Assembly: GCF_009914755.1 (NCBI RefSeq)
Contig: NC_060929.1
Direction: 5' to 3' (one strand)
Length of the DNA: 64,000 nucleotides
Source of the DNA: the human T2T-CHM13v2.0 reference genome, Homo sapiens
Shown piece after piece: positions 27,784 to 40,958 of the stretch. Below the pieces are notes generated by a model. That model had not been told where the DNA came from and ran no database searches. It saw nothing but the letters and a program-made list of their open reading frames with translations. Every line of letters begins with the position of its first letter. Within the stretch, counting starts at the first letter, position 1. Made by a program: the position numbers and the translations under genes.

Positions 27784-28924
27784 CAAACCAATTCTTATTT
27801 CTTAAAAAGAGCTGATGTGATTCAACTGAATGTATTATGTGCTAATATGAACCAGTACATTAGTTGATGGAATATTTATTGAAAACCAGAGATTATTGAG
27901 ATATTTTTGTTATATTTTAAGTGATTTCCTTTGAAAATAATTTTATACTTTTTGAATAAGATTAAGTTGTTTTGTTAATAATGATCAAAGGTGAGGGTTA
28001 ATAGATGAAGAAATTACTGCATAAACTTAGGCATATTAATCAGAAGACAAGGAAGTAATGTGCAAGGGCAGATTACCCAGTGAAGTTTGGCTCACATGGG
28101 GCAGTAACTTTACACCGTTGACTGCATGTTCAGGAATACTTTGAGCAAGAAAGATTAGATCTTGTCACAAACTAATCAGAAGTTTCTTGCCGTAAGCAAA
28201 AAAGGTCAGTGCGAAAAATCACAAGAGGCTGAGTGACTTAGAGGAAATGTCAGAAAACCTGGCTCTGCTTCTGGTTCCGCATGGAATTGAATGAGTCTCT
28301 TTAAATTTATGTTTGTTCATCTGTAAAATAAGGGATGTGCAACTGGGTGATTTCTGACTTCTGTTCCAACCTAACACTCTGTGAAATCAAGATCACATGT
28401 ACATTTTTTTCCAAATTTCCAAAATTTTTATTCTTTGGCCTTTAGAGAGTGAAATCAAAAATCTCTCAATTTTGAATTTCTTTTTTCAATTGAGTTCTCT
28501 TTTGCTCTTCTGTCCAAAAGAATGAGTGTGTTGGTCTGTTGGACTTGAGTCAAATGAAAATGTAAAATAGGAAATTCATAGCAGTGTGCATTTGCTTGTA
28601 CAGGTCTGGCTCATCTAAATCTGGGAAATATGGTAGAGTTTAAATTTATTTATATGCTAAAGAAGAAAGATGTGCTTGTACCCTGAGTAAAGGGTCGCTA
28701 AACAGCTTTTTGTTATTTCCATTGTAAGGATATATTCATCCTGATCGTAGTATGATGGGAAATGTTATTTTTTTGGATGCAGTCGTTGGGAAAGCATGAG
28801 GTATAGGACTCAACCCTTTGGTATATATTTATAGATTTCTTACTATACTCAGTTATGCATTTGCTTAATTACAGAACTTAGTCTCATGAGTAATCTTCTT
28901 AGGTATTAAAACTTGAAATATATA

Positions 28925-29260
28925 GGTTGGATACAGCTCCTTATCTAGAATTTCTGATTCTTAAAAGCTCTGAAAATTCAAGCCAGGTTATTTTGTAAAT
29001 TTGCTCCAAACATATTTAGCGGTAAACCTATTCGAACAGACATGAGATTATATAAAGTTTGCCCTCTCCATAAATATCCCATACATTTGCCACATAGTGG
29101 GAGTGTTCATGCATCTCCCTACGGATATATTATTGTTTTTAATGACACGGTTTCTTACTGAGGGTTTTGTGTAAAATATGCCCTCGATTATTTTTCTAAA
29201 AAAAGGAAATTTCTGAAATTTGAAGCACATTAGGCCACCAGGGTTTCATATCACAAACTG
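28925..29260 (-). mobile_element. MER46C-like Tigger-family DNA element
   Basis: ccttatctagaatttc...aaagctctgaaaa...atttctgaaatttgaagcacattaggccaccagggtttc. Confidence 0.6.
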
Positions 29261-29739
29261 ATGGTAATTAAAAGTTCAGATAATGACAATCTTTATCATC
29301 ATAAATTTTCCTGAAGAATTAGTATGTGAACATGAGAACATTGGTTTCTTACTCATCACTGGCAGTAGAAATACAATACGATACATAGTAATTTAGTGAG
29401 TGGTTCTAAGAAAGATTGGAATTAGAATCTGAAAAAATGAATTATATACAATATGGAAGGGAACCTTATAACAAGCACAAAACATATGATAGTATTATCT
29501 GTAGAAATTACTGTATATTACTTGTAATTTTTAAAACCAGTTTTAAGTTATAAATGCAAACAATATTTTGTAATATTTGCTAAAAACGGTTCAAAGAAAG
29601 TCTGAATAGAAGTAGTAGATATACCGACTGATATTTGCATAAAAAACTAATTAAAGCACTTCTTTGGAAACAGTATATAGTTGACTAATTTGGCTTTGAG
29701 AACATAGTAGTAAAAGTTGTTATTTTAATGATAATGTAA

Positions 29740-30080
<341 letters not shown>

Positions 30081-30182
30081 GTATCTTTTAAGTGTAGGAA
30101 ATGAAACTGTGAATAGTTTTCACATAACAGTGCTTTTTTATTTCTCATCTGTGGTCATAGATGACATTAAAAATGGGTGAAA

Positions 30183-30480
30183 GGCCGGGCGCGGTGGCTC
30201 ATGCCTGTAATGCCAGCACTTTGGGAGGCCAAAGCGGGTGGATTGCCTGAGGTCAGGAGTTTGAGAACAGTCTGGCCAACATGGTGAAACCCAGTCTTTA
30301 CTAAAAATACAAAAAAATTAGCCAGGCGTGGTGTTGTGTGCCTATAATCCCAGCTACTCAGCAGGGGAATTGCTTGAACCAGGGAGGTGGTAGTTGCAGT
30401 GAGCCGAGATCGCGCCACACCGCACTCCAGCCTGGGTGACAGGCTCAAAAAAACAAAAAAACCAAAACAAAAAAAAAATA
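30183..30480 (+). mobile_element. Alu (AluS-type)
   Basis: GGCCGGGCGCGGTGGCTC...; TSD AAATGGG(T/C)GAAA. Confidence 0.93.
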
Positions 30481-33400
30481 AATGGGCGAAAAACTTGCTC
30501 CTGACCTAACAGATGGTGCCTATTGGGCAGCTTGACTTTTAAAAACTGAAAATTCAAACTGTTAGTACCAATAGTTTTTTAAAAATACTTTTTTCTCTTA
30601 AAAAATCTTTTTCACATTTTAGAATTCTTGATGAAGTAGTTTTTTAAAGCCTCCTAAATGATGTCTTGATTTATTGACTTTAGCTAAATACCTTTAAATT
30701 ATCAATTTTTGAAAAACTACACTAAGCTATAGATAGCAGTATTTATGTCAACTAAACTATACTCAGGGACAGAAATCGTGGTTGAATAATTTAGAAAATA
30801 GTTACTCAGTTATTGACTCAAAACCTCACAATTGTTGTATTAAATTGTATAAAAGGGCAATTTTTCTATATCTGTGGTAAAATCTAATGTTTTTACATCA
30901 TATTCAAACTTTTTTTTTGTCATGTGAGGCTTCATTTTAGTATTTATTATGATTATTTCCTTCTTACCAAGCCAGATTCCCTACAGTTTCTTACAGATCT
31001 GGTTCCCCTACTTGTCCATCTTTTCCTTAAATCTGTACTACTTACTTGTTTCTGGTACGTTCTCAAATACTGCACACTTCCCTCCAAAAGCGTAACTTAA
31101 GTTGTCTTGTCTTATGTATAGCATTTCCTTATTTTCTTCATACCGTGAACAGTAACTGATAACTTTACTAATGAGGAAGATGAATTTAAGTGACATACTT
31201 TGTTATGAAAAATACTTTTGGAAGCATTCAGAAAATCCTATGATTTAATGTTGTTAAATATAAACATATTGAAAGAGTGATAAAAAGGCTTTTAACATTG
31301 AGCTCCATCTTCCTTTTTTACGGCGGTTTTATTTCAGATCCCATTTGGATGTTTATCTTCTTGTCAGTTGGTATATGTGAAATCTATATGTTATTATGGA
31401 TCTCTTTTTTGGGGTTAGGATGAGCATTGGGAAATCTCATGAAGGAAATTTTATCTTTTCCTTCTCTTCATGATTCCCCAGCCCTTTTCAGAAAAAGAAA
31501 GGGAAAAAAGGAGAAGGAAAGGTTTGTGTGATGGTGTAGGAGTGTCCAGTTCTTCATTTGCTTTGGGCTGTCTCTGGAGAACTAAAGTCATGAGGATTAA
31601 AGTCATGATAATCATATATTTAGTCCTTCATGATAACAAAGGGCAGGATGTAGGTGAATGCTTTGCTGGAAAAGACATAATCATTCAAACAAATTAATTT
31701 GTCAGTAATATATTTACTAGTATATAAAATTGAGTCTCTTTTCCTTTTTTATGTCTTTAGAGCTATATAATTCTCATCTAAATTGCAGATGTCTCCGGGA
31801 TGGCTAATATATATTTTCTATCTCAAATTGATTGATCAAATAAATATTTAGTGCTCTCTCTTGCTGTCTGCTTTTCCCCCAAGTCTGTACCCTGAGAAAT
31901 TTCTTCATTGACTTATCTGCAGCTAAAGATATGTTTATTTTTAGACATAGAGAAGTGAATTTTTCCTGAGTATTGGAGTTTTCTCATTTTCTTCAGTGAA
32001 TTCATAGTGCCAAAATCAAGGAGGCCAAGACATGGATTTACTCTTTAACCTGCAGTGCCTAGAAAGGGAAGCTGAGACAATGGGATATTTATGCCCATCC
32101 TAAAATTCAAATCATAACACTTAATATTAAAATATGCAGAATAATATATAGTTATAATATCTAGTAATAACATTACTATAATAGAAATTCATCATGCGCA
32201 ATGTAGGGTATGTAGTGACTGGAATAACATTTTTATAAGATAGATTGATGCTTGCTTCTCTTGTGTGTTAGTACTGTACTATAATAGGATTCTGGTGTAC
32301 TTTTGTTTGGCTTCTGGGTAGCTCCCCAAACAGAATATATTTTAAACATATTTGCATGGCCTACAAATATTGACATTTCAAGACTTTGAAGTGCCCTTTG
32401 CTGCTTGTTCAGATTTTATAATCAATGTTGCGAATATCAAGTGTAATATTTTCATGATTTTGGGCTTGTTGAATTATAGATAAATGCACTTGAATGCTCT
32501 GCACATAATGTATACATGGACAATGTGACTCCTTTGTTCTAATTTTACATTATATGGTACAATCAAATTCTCTTACAATGATTTGTTTCATGCAGACACA
32601 TCATAGGCCAAATTCTAACCCTTAAAATATTATATATGCTGAAAATCTGTTTCTGTGAGTGAAAGACAAGTATTATTCATCTCTCCTAAAATCAGGCTTA
32701 TAAACAGACTTCAGTTAATTGGATTCAGGTTGTTTATCTTTGATAAGACATAAAATACTTTTTATTCTGCCATTTTTAAGAGTCATTCAATGTCCCTGAC
32801 AAGGGAGCTATACATATATTTTGAACATCTCTTAAGATGCAACCTGCACATATATTGAGCATCTGGGACACAACAGTGAATAAGATACATAGAGAAATAC
32901 GATCTAGTGGGAGAAAGAAGCATTAATCTGATATTCATCCAAATTACAACTAAGAAAAGTTTTAAGTGGGGGTTGGTATAGGGCTTTATAAAGGGGATTT
33001 AACCTTATCTAGGTCAGGTAGGGCAGTGGGGGTGGAAGCTGGGGGAGGGCTTAAGAAAGTAAAAATGTAAACTAATACCTGAAGGATGAGTAGGATCAAG
33101 CCAGGAGATCTAGGGGATTCCCCCCCCCCCCCTTTTATTAGTGAATGTATTCTCATTTGAAGGATGGAATTTATGTTTTGAATTAAATCTAGTGGTGTCC
33201 CCCTGTAAATATGTTGGATTACTGTTAATAAAATTGATTCCCAAAAAATTAGAAAGAGAAGGCAAACACCATCAACAATAACAACAATCAATGAACCAAG
33301 AAACCTCCCCCCACCCACCGAAAGCATACCCTGCAAAAGAAGTTAAAATTATAAATCCATACAGAGGGTAATTTGTGACACATTGATTTATGTCCTTAGA

Positions 33401-33589
33401 GACACTTTTCTGTGCATTTGTATGCATTTGAGTATGCATTGTTCTTAACAGAGATGGGGTTATAGCCTCATTAAGCTAGTTTTATATCTCTTTTAGTGGC
33501 TGCAGCATCTTTGTAATGGTGCAGCATCTTTGTAATGGATATGCTATTACTTAACCAATGCCTATTTGGAACATTTTAGTTACCTCTAA

Positions 33590-34860
33590 CTTTTCAAAAC
33601 CCAGAAATATTTTAAGCAAAGTCTACTGAGTTTACAAAGTTAACCTAATCAGTTCAGCACCTAAATTAATCTGAAATAAGGAGACATTTATTTATGGATA
33701 CCAAAGATTCTTTGCTTATGTTTGCATACTAAATGAAGATGGTTCAAATGAGCATTTGGAGGTACAGGCATTTAACTTACTGAGATACATATTCTTTAGC
33801 AGACAAAATTTATTTGTAATGCCATGAACAAGAATCACTTACATTATTACCAGTTTTCTATAATTTATGCCTATCATTCCAATGGAAAAACACCCAAGAT
33901 CTTTTTTGCCCTTTTTCAAGGTTTTTACAGTTTTTCCTTTAGAATTTCTCTCCTGTGATCATAAATAATTTCCAAAGGTAATTCTTCATCCAAAACCAAC
34001 CAAACAAAAAACCTGCAGTGAGAGTATTCATTAACCATGTAGGCTTCTTGGAGTTTGCAAATCTAGAACCATGATCTGTTGAGCAGCTACTGATCAAGGT
34101 GATAAAATTAACTTTTCCTCTGAAATTTTCATAAGAAAGATGGGATTTGACTTTAAAAAGTGCTTTCTTGAGGCTAGAAAAACAAAATGAAGAAACTCTC
34201 TCCACCTGATTTTTATCTTCAGTACTTATGTATATAATTGGTGAATTTCTTTCTGGTTGAGGCTCCCAAAATTTACTAAGATTCCCATTTTGCCAGAAAG
34301 TGGCCTTCCTCACCATCTGTAAGTCTGGGAACCTATCAGCTAGTTCTTAGGCCAGTTTTCTTGGGAGGGGTGTGTAGGCATTTATTCCACATATAAAGTC
34401 ATTCCTTGTTCCTTAATAGTTGCTTGCTATTCCTGATTAAATGAAAATTATTTTAAATATGATACTCCAGGGATAGCCTTGGTTACCAAATAGAGTTATC
34501 CAATGACATTCTGGTAATAAAAGAAGAGATATTCTTATTCAACCTGTGAAAATAACTATATTTGCCATGAGAATAAGGGTACTCCTTAGGAGTTTCTGAA
34601 TTCTGGAGTAATCAGTGAGAATCATATGCTGTTTTAAAATGTTTATTTTAGTTTAGAAAAGCAGCATCCATAAAATTCAGAATTAAATATAGCTTAAAAA
34701 GAACTTCTTCATCAATATGTTAGAAAATAGAATATTAAAACAGTATCAACAGTATCTAGACAAATAGCCACAATTGAATGTCCCTCACCAGTTATTTAAA
34801 TCTTATGTAGTTCTTGTTTCATTGGATCTTGGGTCAACATTCTGTCTTCTGCTTCCATAT
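33590..34860 (-). mobile_element. ERV1 (MER4-group-like) internal fragment without flanking LTRs
   Basis: cttattcaacctgtgaaaataactatatttgccatgagaataag...tttctgaattctggagtaatcag resembles the AT-rich internal region of MER4-group elements. Confidence 0.55.
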
Positions 34861-35783
34861 GAAAAATCTACATTTAGAGCTTAGTTTGGACATACATTCA
34901 AAATTGGCATTGTAATCATAACTGTCTTGTTAAATGGCCACCTTTACTTTGGTAAGACCATACACACGGCTGTCTTAGATTTTTGTAACTGAGGCTTTTA
35001 GTTACATATTCATTGGCTTAAGAATGAGTTGCATTTGCTAACTAAATACTTACTAATCAAAATATGTCATCAAAATATGTCAGATTTAAGCACAGTGCCC
35101 TTATAATTCAAATAATTATACTTTACACAATCTTATGAGAACAAAACATGTTCTGAAAGCTTAATGAATAGTGAATGGCTAACTGATTTTAGTAACCACT
35201 TAGAAATACCATTCTGGAGTCTATAAAAGTATTACTATTGCCCTCGTTAGTTGCTGTTCTCCCAAAAGACTGTATCCAAAAAGAAACAAGAAAAGCAGTG
35301 GATAGGACTAGGGCTTTCCAAATGTAGCTTTACATACATATAGTATTTAAACAGAGTAATGAATCAGTGCCTGTGAAGGCCTGAAATAGCATGTAACCAC
35401 TAGGGGAAAAATTGTTAAATCATGAAGAAAATGATTTTATCTTTGGCGAGCAGAAAAATATTAAAACCTGTGCGCTTGCAGTTTTTTCTTATGTAATGTA
35501 TAAATGTCTAATTTATTACAATTGTTTTTAGATCATGACCTAAAATTTATTCTATAAAATTTATGAATATTGCTTGAAACTCTAAACAAATTGTGTATTT
35601 ACTACATTAAAATAATCAGGTAAAAATCATAAAATTAAATCAAAGCTATATGTTTACATTCAGTTTTTAATGCAAATAGCTTATAGATGCTTACACTGAA
35701 ACATCTCAAGCACTTTAACAGGTCTGCCTAAAATTAGGATGATTTCAGTTGTAAGAAACAAAAATATTTGTTTTGGCTTAAAC

Positions 35784-36006
35784 CAATGGTGTCTAATCTT
35801 TTGGCTTCCCTGGGCCACAGTGGAAGAATTGTCTTGTGCCACATATAAAATACACTAATGCTAAAGAAAGCTGATAAGTTAAAAAAAAAAAAAAAAAGAA
35901 AATAGCAAAAAAACCTCATAATGTTTTAAGAAAGTTTACAAACTTGTGTTGAGTTGCATTCAAAGCCATCCTGGACTGCATGTGGGCCACGGCTTGGACG
36001 AGCTTG
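35784..36006 (+). mobile_element. MER30 hAT DNA transposon nested in an old MLT1 LTR (~35730-36510)
   Basis: ggtgtctaatcttttggcttccctgggccac...ttggacgagcttg with a perfect 8-bp TSD GCTTAAAC. Confidence 0.9.
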
Positions 36007-36877
36007 GCTTAAACAGTAAAAAGGATAGTTATTTGTTCATGTAATAAAAAATTTATTATTGATAATGAGACGTAGGCTTAGTTTACATCAGGGCTCTGCC
36101 TCTGTCTCTGACATTTTCTAAGCTCCACATTTTTCTGTATCAAGCACATTCCTAGACTGGCTTCCCAGTGGGTGTGAGAAGGCTAACCAGCAGAGACCAG
36201 AGCTGTCTGCTTCCTCATTCACATCTAGGAGGAGCAAGAGACTTCCCACAGGTATTGAATCAAAGTCCCAAGCTCTACTCTGAATGGAGCACCCTGAACC
36301 AACAACCATTGAGGCCAAAGTGTAGGACACAGGCTAGGTAACTCCTTTCCTTCCATTGCAGGGGGATCTGTTATCCTGATGGCTTATCCAGTCATTCAGT
36401 CTTCCTCTCCACCTGGGAGAAGGGATACTCCTCATGAAAACCTTAGGGCTTCCATATGAAGAAGGAGAGGAATGAGTGGAATGGATATTGAGGAGGCCTT
36501 TGGATGTCCATTACAGATTTATTCTGCTTTTACTCATTCGTTAATTTTTTTTGTGGGGGGATGGGGGTGGGGAGGGAGTTGAGAAATCATTTTTTTGATC
36601 ATCTCCTCTCGCTACATCAGCTGCATTCTTCCATATTTCATCTTCCTTGTAATCCTCTTCACAACACTAGGGGAGTAGATATTATTAATCCAAATAAGCA
36701 GAAAGGAGTTAGCCAATTTAATTTTCTGAGGTTTATATTGTAAAGGCAAAATTTAATTCAAGCCTATCATATACTAAAGTCTGTGCTCTTTCTCCTGGTT
36801 ATAAAATAATTCTTATTTACACAATAATTTTGTAAGGAAGGTTATTCAGACTTGGAAGATCAATGGGTATATACATA

Positions 36878-36893
<16 letters not shown>

Positions 36894-36911
<18 letters not shown>

Positions 36912-37211
36912 TTTTTGAGACGGAGTCTTGCTCTGTCACCCACGCTGGAGTGAGGTGGCACGATCTTGGATCTCTGATCTCGGCTCACTGCAACCTCCAC
37001 CTCCGAGGTTCAAGCAATTCTCTGCCTCAGCCTCCCGAGTAGCTGGGATTACAGGCACCCACCACCACGCCTGGCTAATATTTTGGTATTTTTAGTAGAG
37101 ACGGGGTTTCACCATCTTGGCCAGGCTGGTCTTGAACTCCTGACCTCATGATCCACCCACCTTGGCCTCCCAAAGTGCTGGGATTACAGGCATGAGCTAC
37201 TGCGCCCGGCC
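36894..37211 (-). mobile_element. Alu (AluS-type) with (TA)n beside the T tract
   Basis: Antisense dimer; TSD-like TGGGT(A/T)TATA; small internal gatct duplication. Confidence 0.93.
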
Positions 37212-37704
37212 TGGGTTTATATATTTTTAGTAAGCATTAATTCTACGTATATTTATAATGTTCCCACTATGTGCTAGGTAGATGGTAGGTGCTGGAAATA
37301 CAATGGGAAGAAAACAGGTGCCTTCTACTCTATGGATTTAGCAGGGGAAGCAAATATTAATAAGTCATACAATCAGCCATATTTACAAACTGTGTAACTG
37401 CTCCGTAGTAAGATCTGATCAAGTCTGGGAAAGGTCATCAAAGTTTTTTCTTAGGAGATGACATCTGAATTGAGAACTGAAGGATGAGACTGAGTTAACC
37501 AGGTCAAAAGGAGGAGGGGAGAGAGAATTCCAGGCAGAGGGAACACAACATGCTCAAGAACTGAAAGGAGTCTTTTTTGTTGGAGCATAGAGAGAACAGT
37601 GGAGCATAGAGAGAACAGTTGGAGCACAGTGAGGCAAGACAAAGATGAGACGCATAGATAGGGAAGGTCTTGCGGGGGCTTTAGGTGCTATTAAAATTAT
37701 GTTT

Positions 37705-37993
37705 GAGCATGGCATGGCGGCTCATGTCTGTAATCCCAGCATTTTAGGAGGTGCTTGAGGCCAAGAGTTTGGGACCAGCCTGACCAACATACTGAGACCT
37801 CATCTCTACACTAAATTTTTTCAAACTTAGCAAGGCATGGTGACTTGGGTCTGTAGTTCTAGCTACTTGGGAGGCTGAGGTGGGAGGATTACTTGTTGCC
37901 AGGAAGTCGAGGCTGCAGTGAACCGTGATTGTGCCACTGCTCTCCAGCCTGGGCAATAGAGTGAGACCTTTTCTCAAAAGAAAAAAAAAAAAA
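37705..37993 (+). mobile_element. Alu (AluJ-type) inserted after an L2 fragment (~37225-37700)
   Basis: gaggctgaggtgggaggatt...gaggctgcagtgaaccgtgattgtgcc; A tail. Confidence 0.9.
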
Positions 37994-38958
37994 GATTATA
38001 TATTTGATATTCCACAAGAAATTAACTTGGAAAGAACTTATTTTATTTGCCTTAAATATTTAAGATGCTGAGGGTTGTATCATACTATCGAAGTTCTTTC
38101 TAAATATTTGTAGTGTTTGTTCCCTTTCCATGACAAAGCCTTAATTGAGCTATAGAGTTATTCAGTCGTATTTAGTTTTTCCGTCTTGGTATGCTGTGCA
38201 GATCATTTATAGCCTCTTTAAACTTTTTATGACCACTTAAAACTTGAACTTAGATATAAAACAGTGAAGGTAAAAACATCTACATGTTAGTGAATATTTA
38301 TCAAAAGAATACTGAATTAGTTATAGTTACAAAGTGTTCAGTAAAGAAAAGCTCAGATATTAAACTTTCGGGATGCAATATGGAAATAATATTTATATAA
38401 TTAATTTAATCGAGGTGTTAGTGTTTGATGACATGCTCTATCTACTATTCATATTTTATTGGAATTGTATTGTTGTCCTTTTATTTGTAGTCATGAGTAA
38501 AGAAAAAGAGAGAAGCACAGCTTTATTTAAATATGTTGTTGTCTTTTGCATGGAACTAAGGTAGTGTAAAAAAACCATTTTCTCACTTGCTTTTAAAAAT
38601 ACCATTATAAAGCTTGCATCAATGTTACTAATCAATGTCAGACTTAGTTCTCTCAGGTTCCTCCCTGTTGAGAAAATAGCTTACTTAGAAGTCCAGACAT
38701 TTAACTTATAGTGTAATATTTAAGCGTAGAAGTTGCTGACTTGGCCACTTCCCTAAAAATCAAACAAACAAAAACATTACTTTTGATCCTGTTACTTCAC
38801 GTGCTGAAAGTATAACTTAAAAAATTACCAAAATAAGTTTTGAAAATAGGAAAATATATTATTGAGAAACTAACTTAATGTTTGTTGGGCAAGAGTCTTC
38901 ATCCTTTTACCTTAGTAAAGGGTAATACGTAATTTATTTCATAGGTGAGAAAGATGTG

Positions 38959-39296
<338 letters not shown>

Positions 39297-40806
39297 TTAG
39301 TGTTCTTGTCTTCATGTTGAGTGGTTCCGAATAAGGGAGGGGGCAGATATTGTGTGCAGTAGTTCATATAATCCTATTTTTGGCAGTTTGGCTTAAAAAC
39401 AAATACATTTGTTTATTTTAAATAATGCTACCATTAATATCTTTGTGGCTAGTTTTTTTCCCCACTCACATAGTTACATATGTTTGATAGATTTCAAATT
39501 GTGAAATTGTTAGATTAAATTAATAGAACAAAGCCCCAAATGGAGTGTGGGTTTATGAGTTCTGTGCAGCAAGTAGATGGATTAATCTTAGATTACAAGG
39601 ACAGATAATTCCTTCTTCCTGGGTACAAGGAGAGGAGTATGAGCTTGTAGGTGGTTGGTGGGAGACAGAATAAAGGGAATGCCTTGAGGAAGTAACCATA
39701 TGATAATCTCTCTTAATGTGGAAAGAAAGCATTTTGATGAGAGTGAAAGGGTAGGTTGTTATACGGTGTTTGGAAAGCTGTGAAAATTTGCAAAAACAAC
39801 TAGGAAGAAAAAGTAAGGGGGTTTATGAAGAATGGGTTTCTCAGGTTACTGAGCAGAGTTGTTAATAGATAATATTGAGAACCACATGTCTGTAGGGCAC
39901 CAGGCCCCTTAGTTTCATTGTCCTTTCCAGCAGCATTCAGAGCCCAGGTCCAGGAGCTGAGCATGGCAAATATGACCTAATCTGCAGTTTGGAGCTGGTA
40001 GGATCAGGTAGTCTGCAGGGGCAAGGTAGGCGCTGCACATTGAAGGAGTCGAAGATGCTGTGGAGAGAGCAGTTAGGTATCTAAAATCATGGGAAGAAGA
40101 AAATGAAGCTCAGAGGGACTGGTAAAGACACAGAGTGAATGCATTGTTTAAGGATGTTAGAAGTAAGAGGAAAGGAGTGAGAGCTGGGAAAATTATAAAA
40201 TTGTGGTTAGAAAGTGGGACATGGGGGTTTGAGATTTTAGAAGGGGAGCCATTCACTCCAAATCAAGCTTCAAGGTATAGCCATTTGGAGATTTGGTGAG
40301 CTAGTGGTAGGGAAAACGAGGCCATGGAACTACGTGCAGCTTAACGTTGTCCAAATGGATGGGAGTGATGTCAAGATTTTTGGTAAAGAGGAAAAGAAGG
40401 TCCTAGAGCTCCCCAACCCTGGATAAATGACAAAAAGATTGTAGCTCATAGTGGTGAAGAATGAGGATGCTGTAGCTGATTGACCTGCACAATTTGAAAA
40501 TGTTTTTAGAGGGTGAAATGATGATGAACATGAAAGTGAATGTTTTGGGAACTGAATGGCATTAAAGTAGCAAAGGTGAGCTTCTAGTATGCCCCAAATT
40601 ACCTTCTAGCTTGAGACACTAGAGTTGGGTCTGGAGGTGGGTAGTGGGACAGCATCTCTTTCACTCTGCAGCACTTGAAGAGTAAAGAAGACAGAATTAA
40701 TAAGTGCTGGAGTGAATTTTCTTCTAGAAAGCTCCAGTGTGTCTGGGGGTGAGATGTGGTCTCAGGTTTCAACTGCTGACTTGCAAGTGAACAAAGACTG
40801 AGACCT

Positions 40807-40958
40807 AACCAGGCACGATGGCTCAAATCTGTAATCCCAGAGGTTTGGGAGGCTTGAGGCCATTGCATTCCAGCCTAGGTGACAAAGTGAAACCTTGTCT
40901 CCAAAACATAAATAAATAAATAAATAAATAAAATTAAAAATTAATTGATTAAATAAAA
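40807..40958 (+). mobile_element. Internally deleted Alu with (AATA)n tail
   Basis: First ~50 nt of Alu fused directly to the last ~40 nt (cattgcattccagcct...). Confidence 0.8.
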
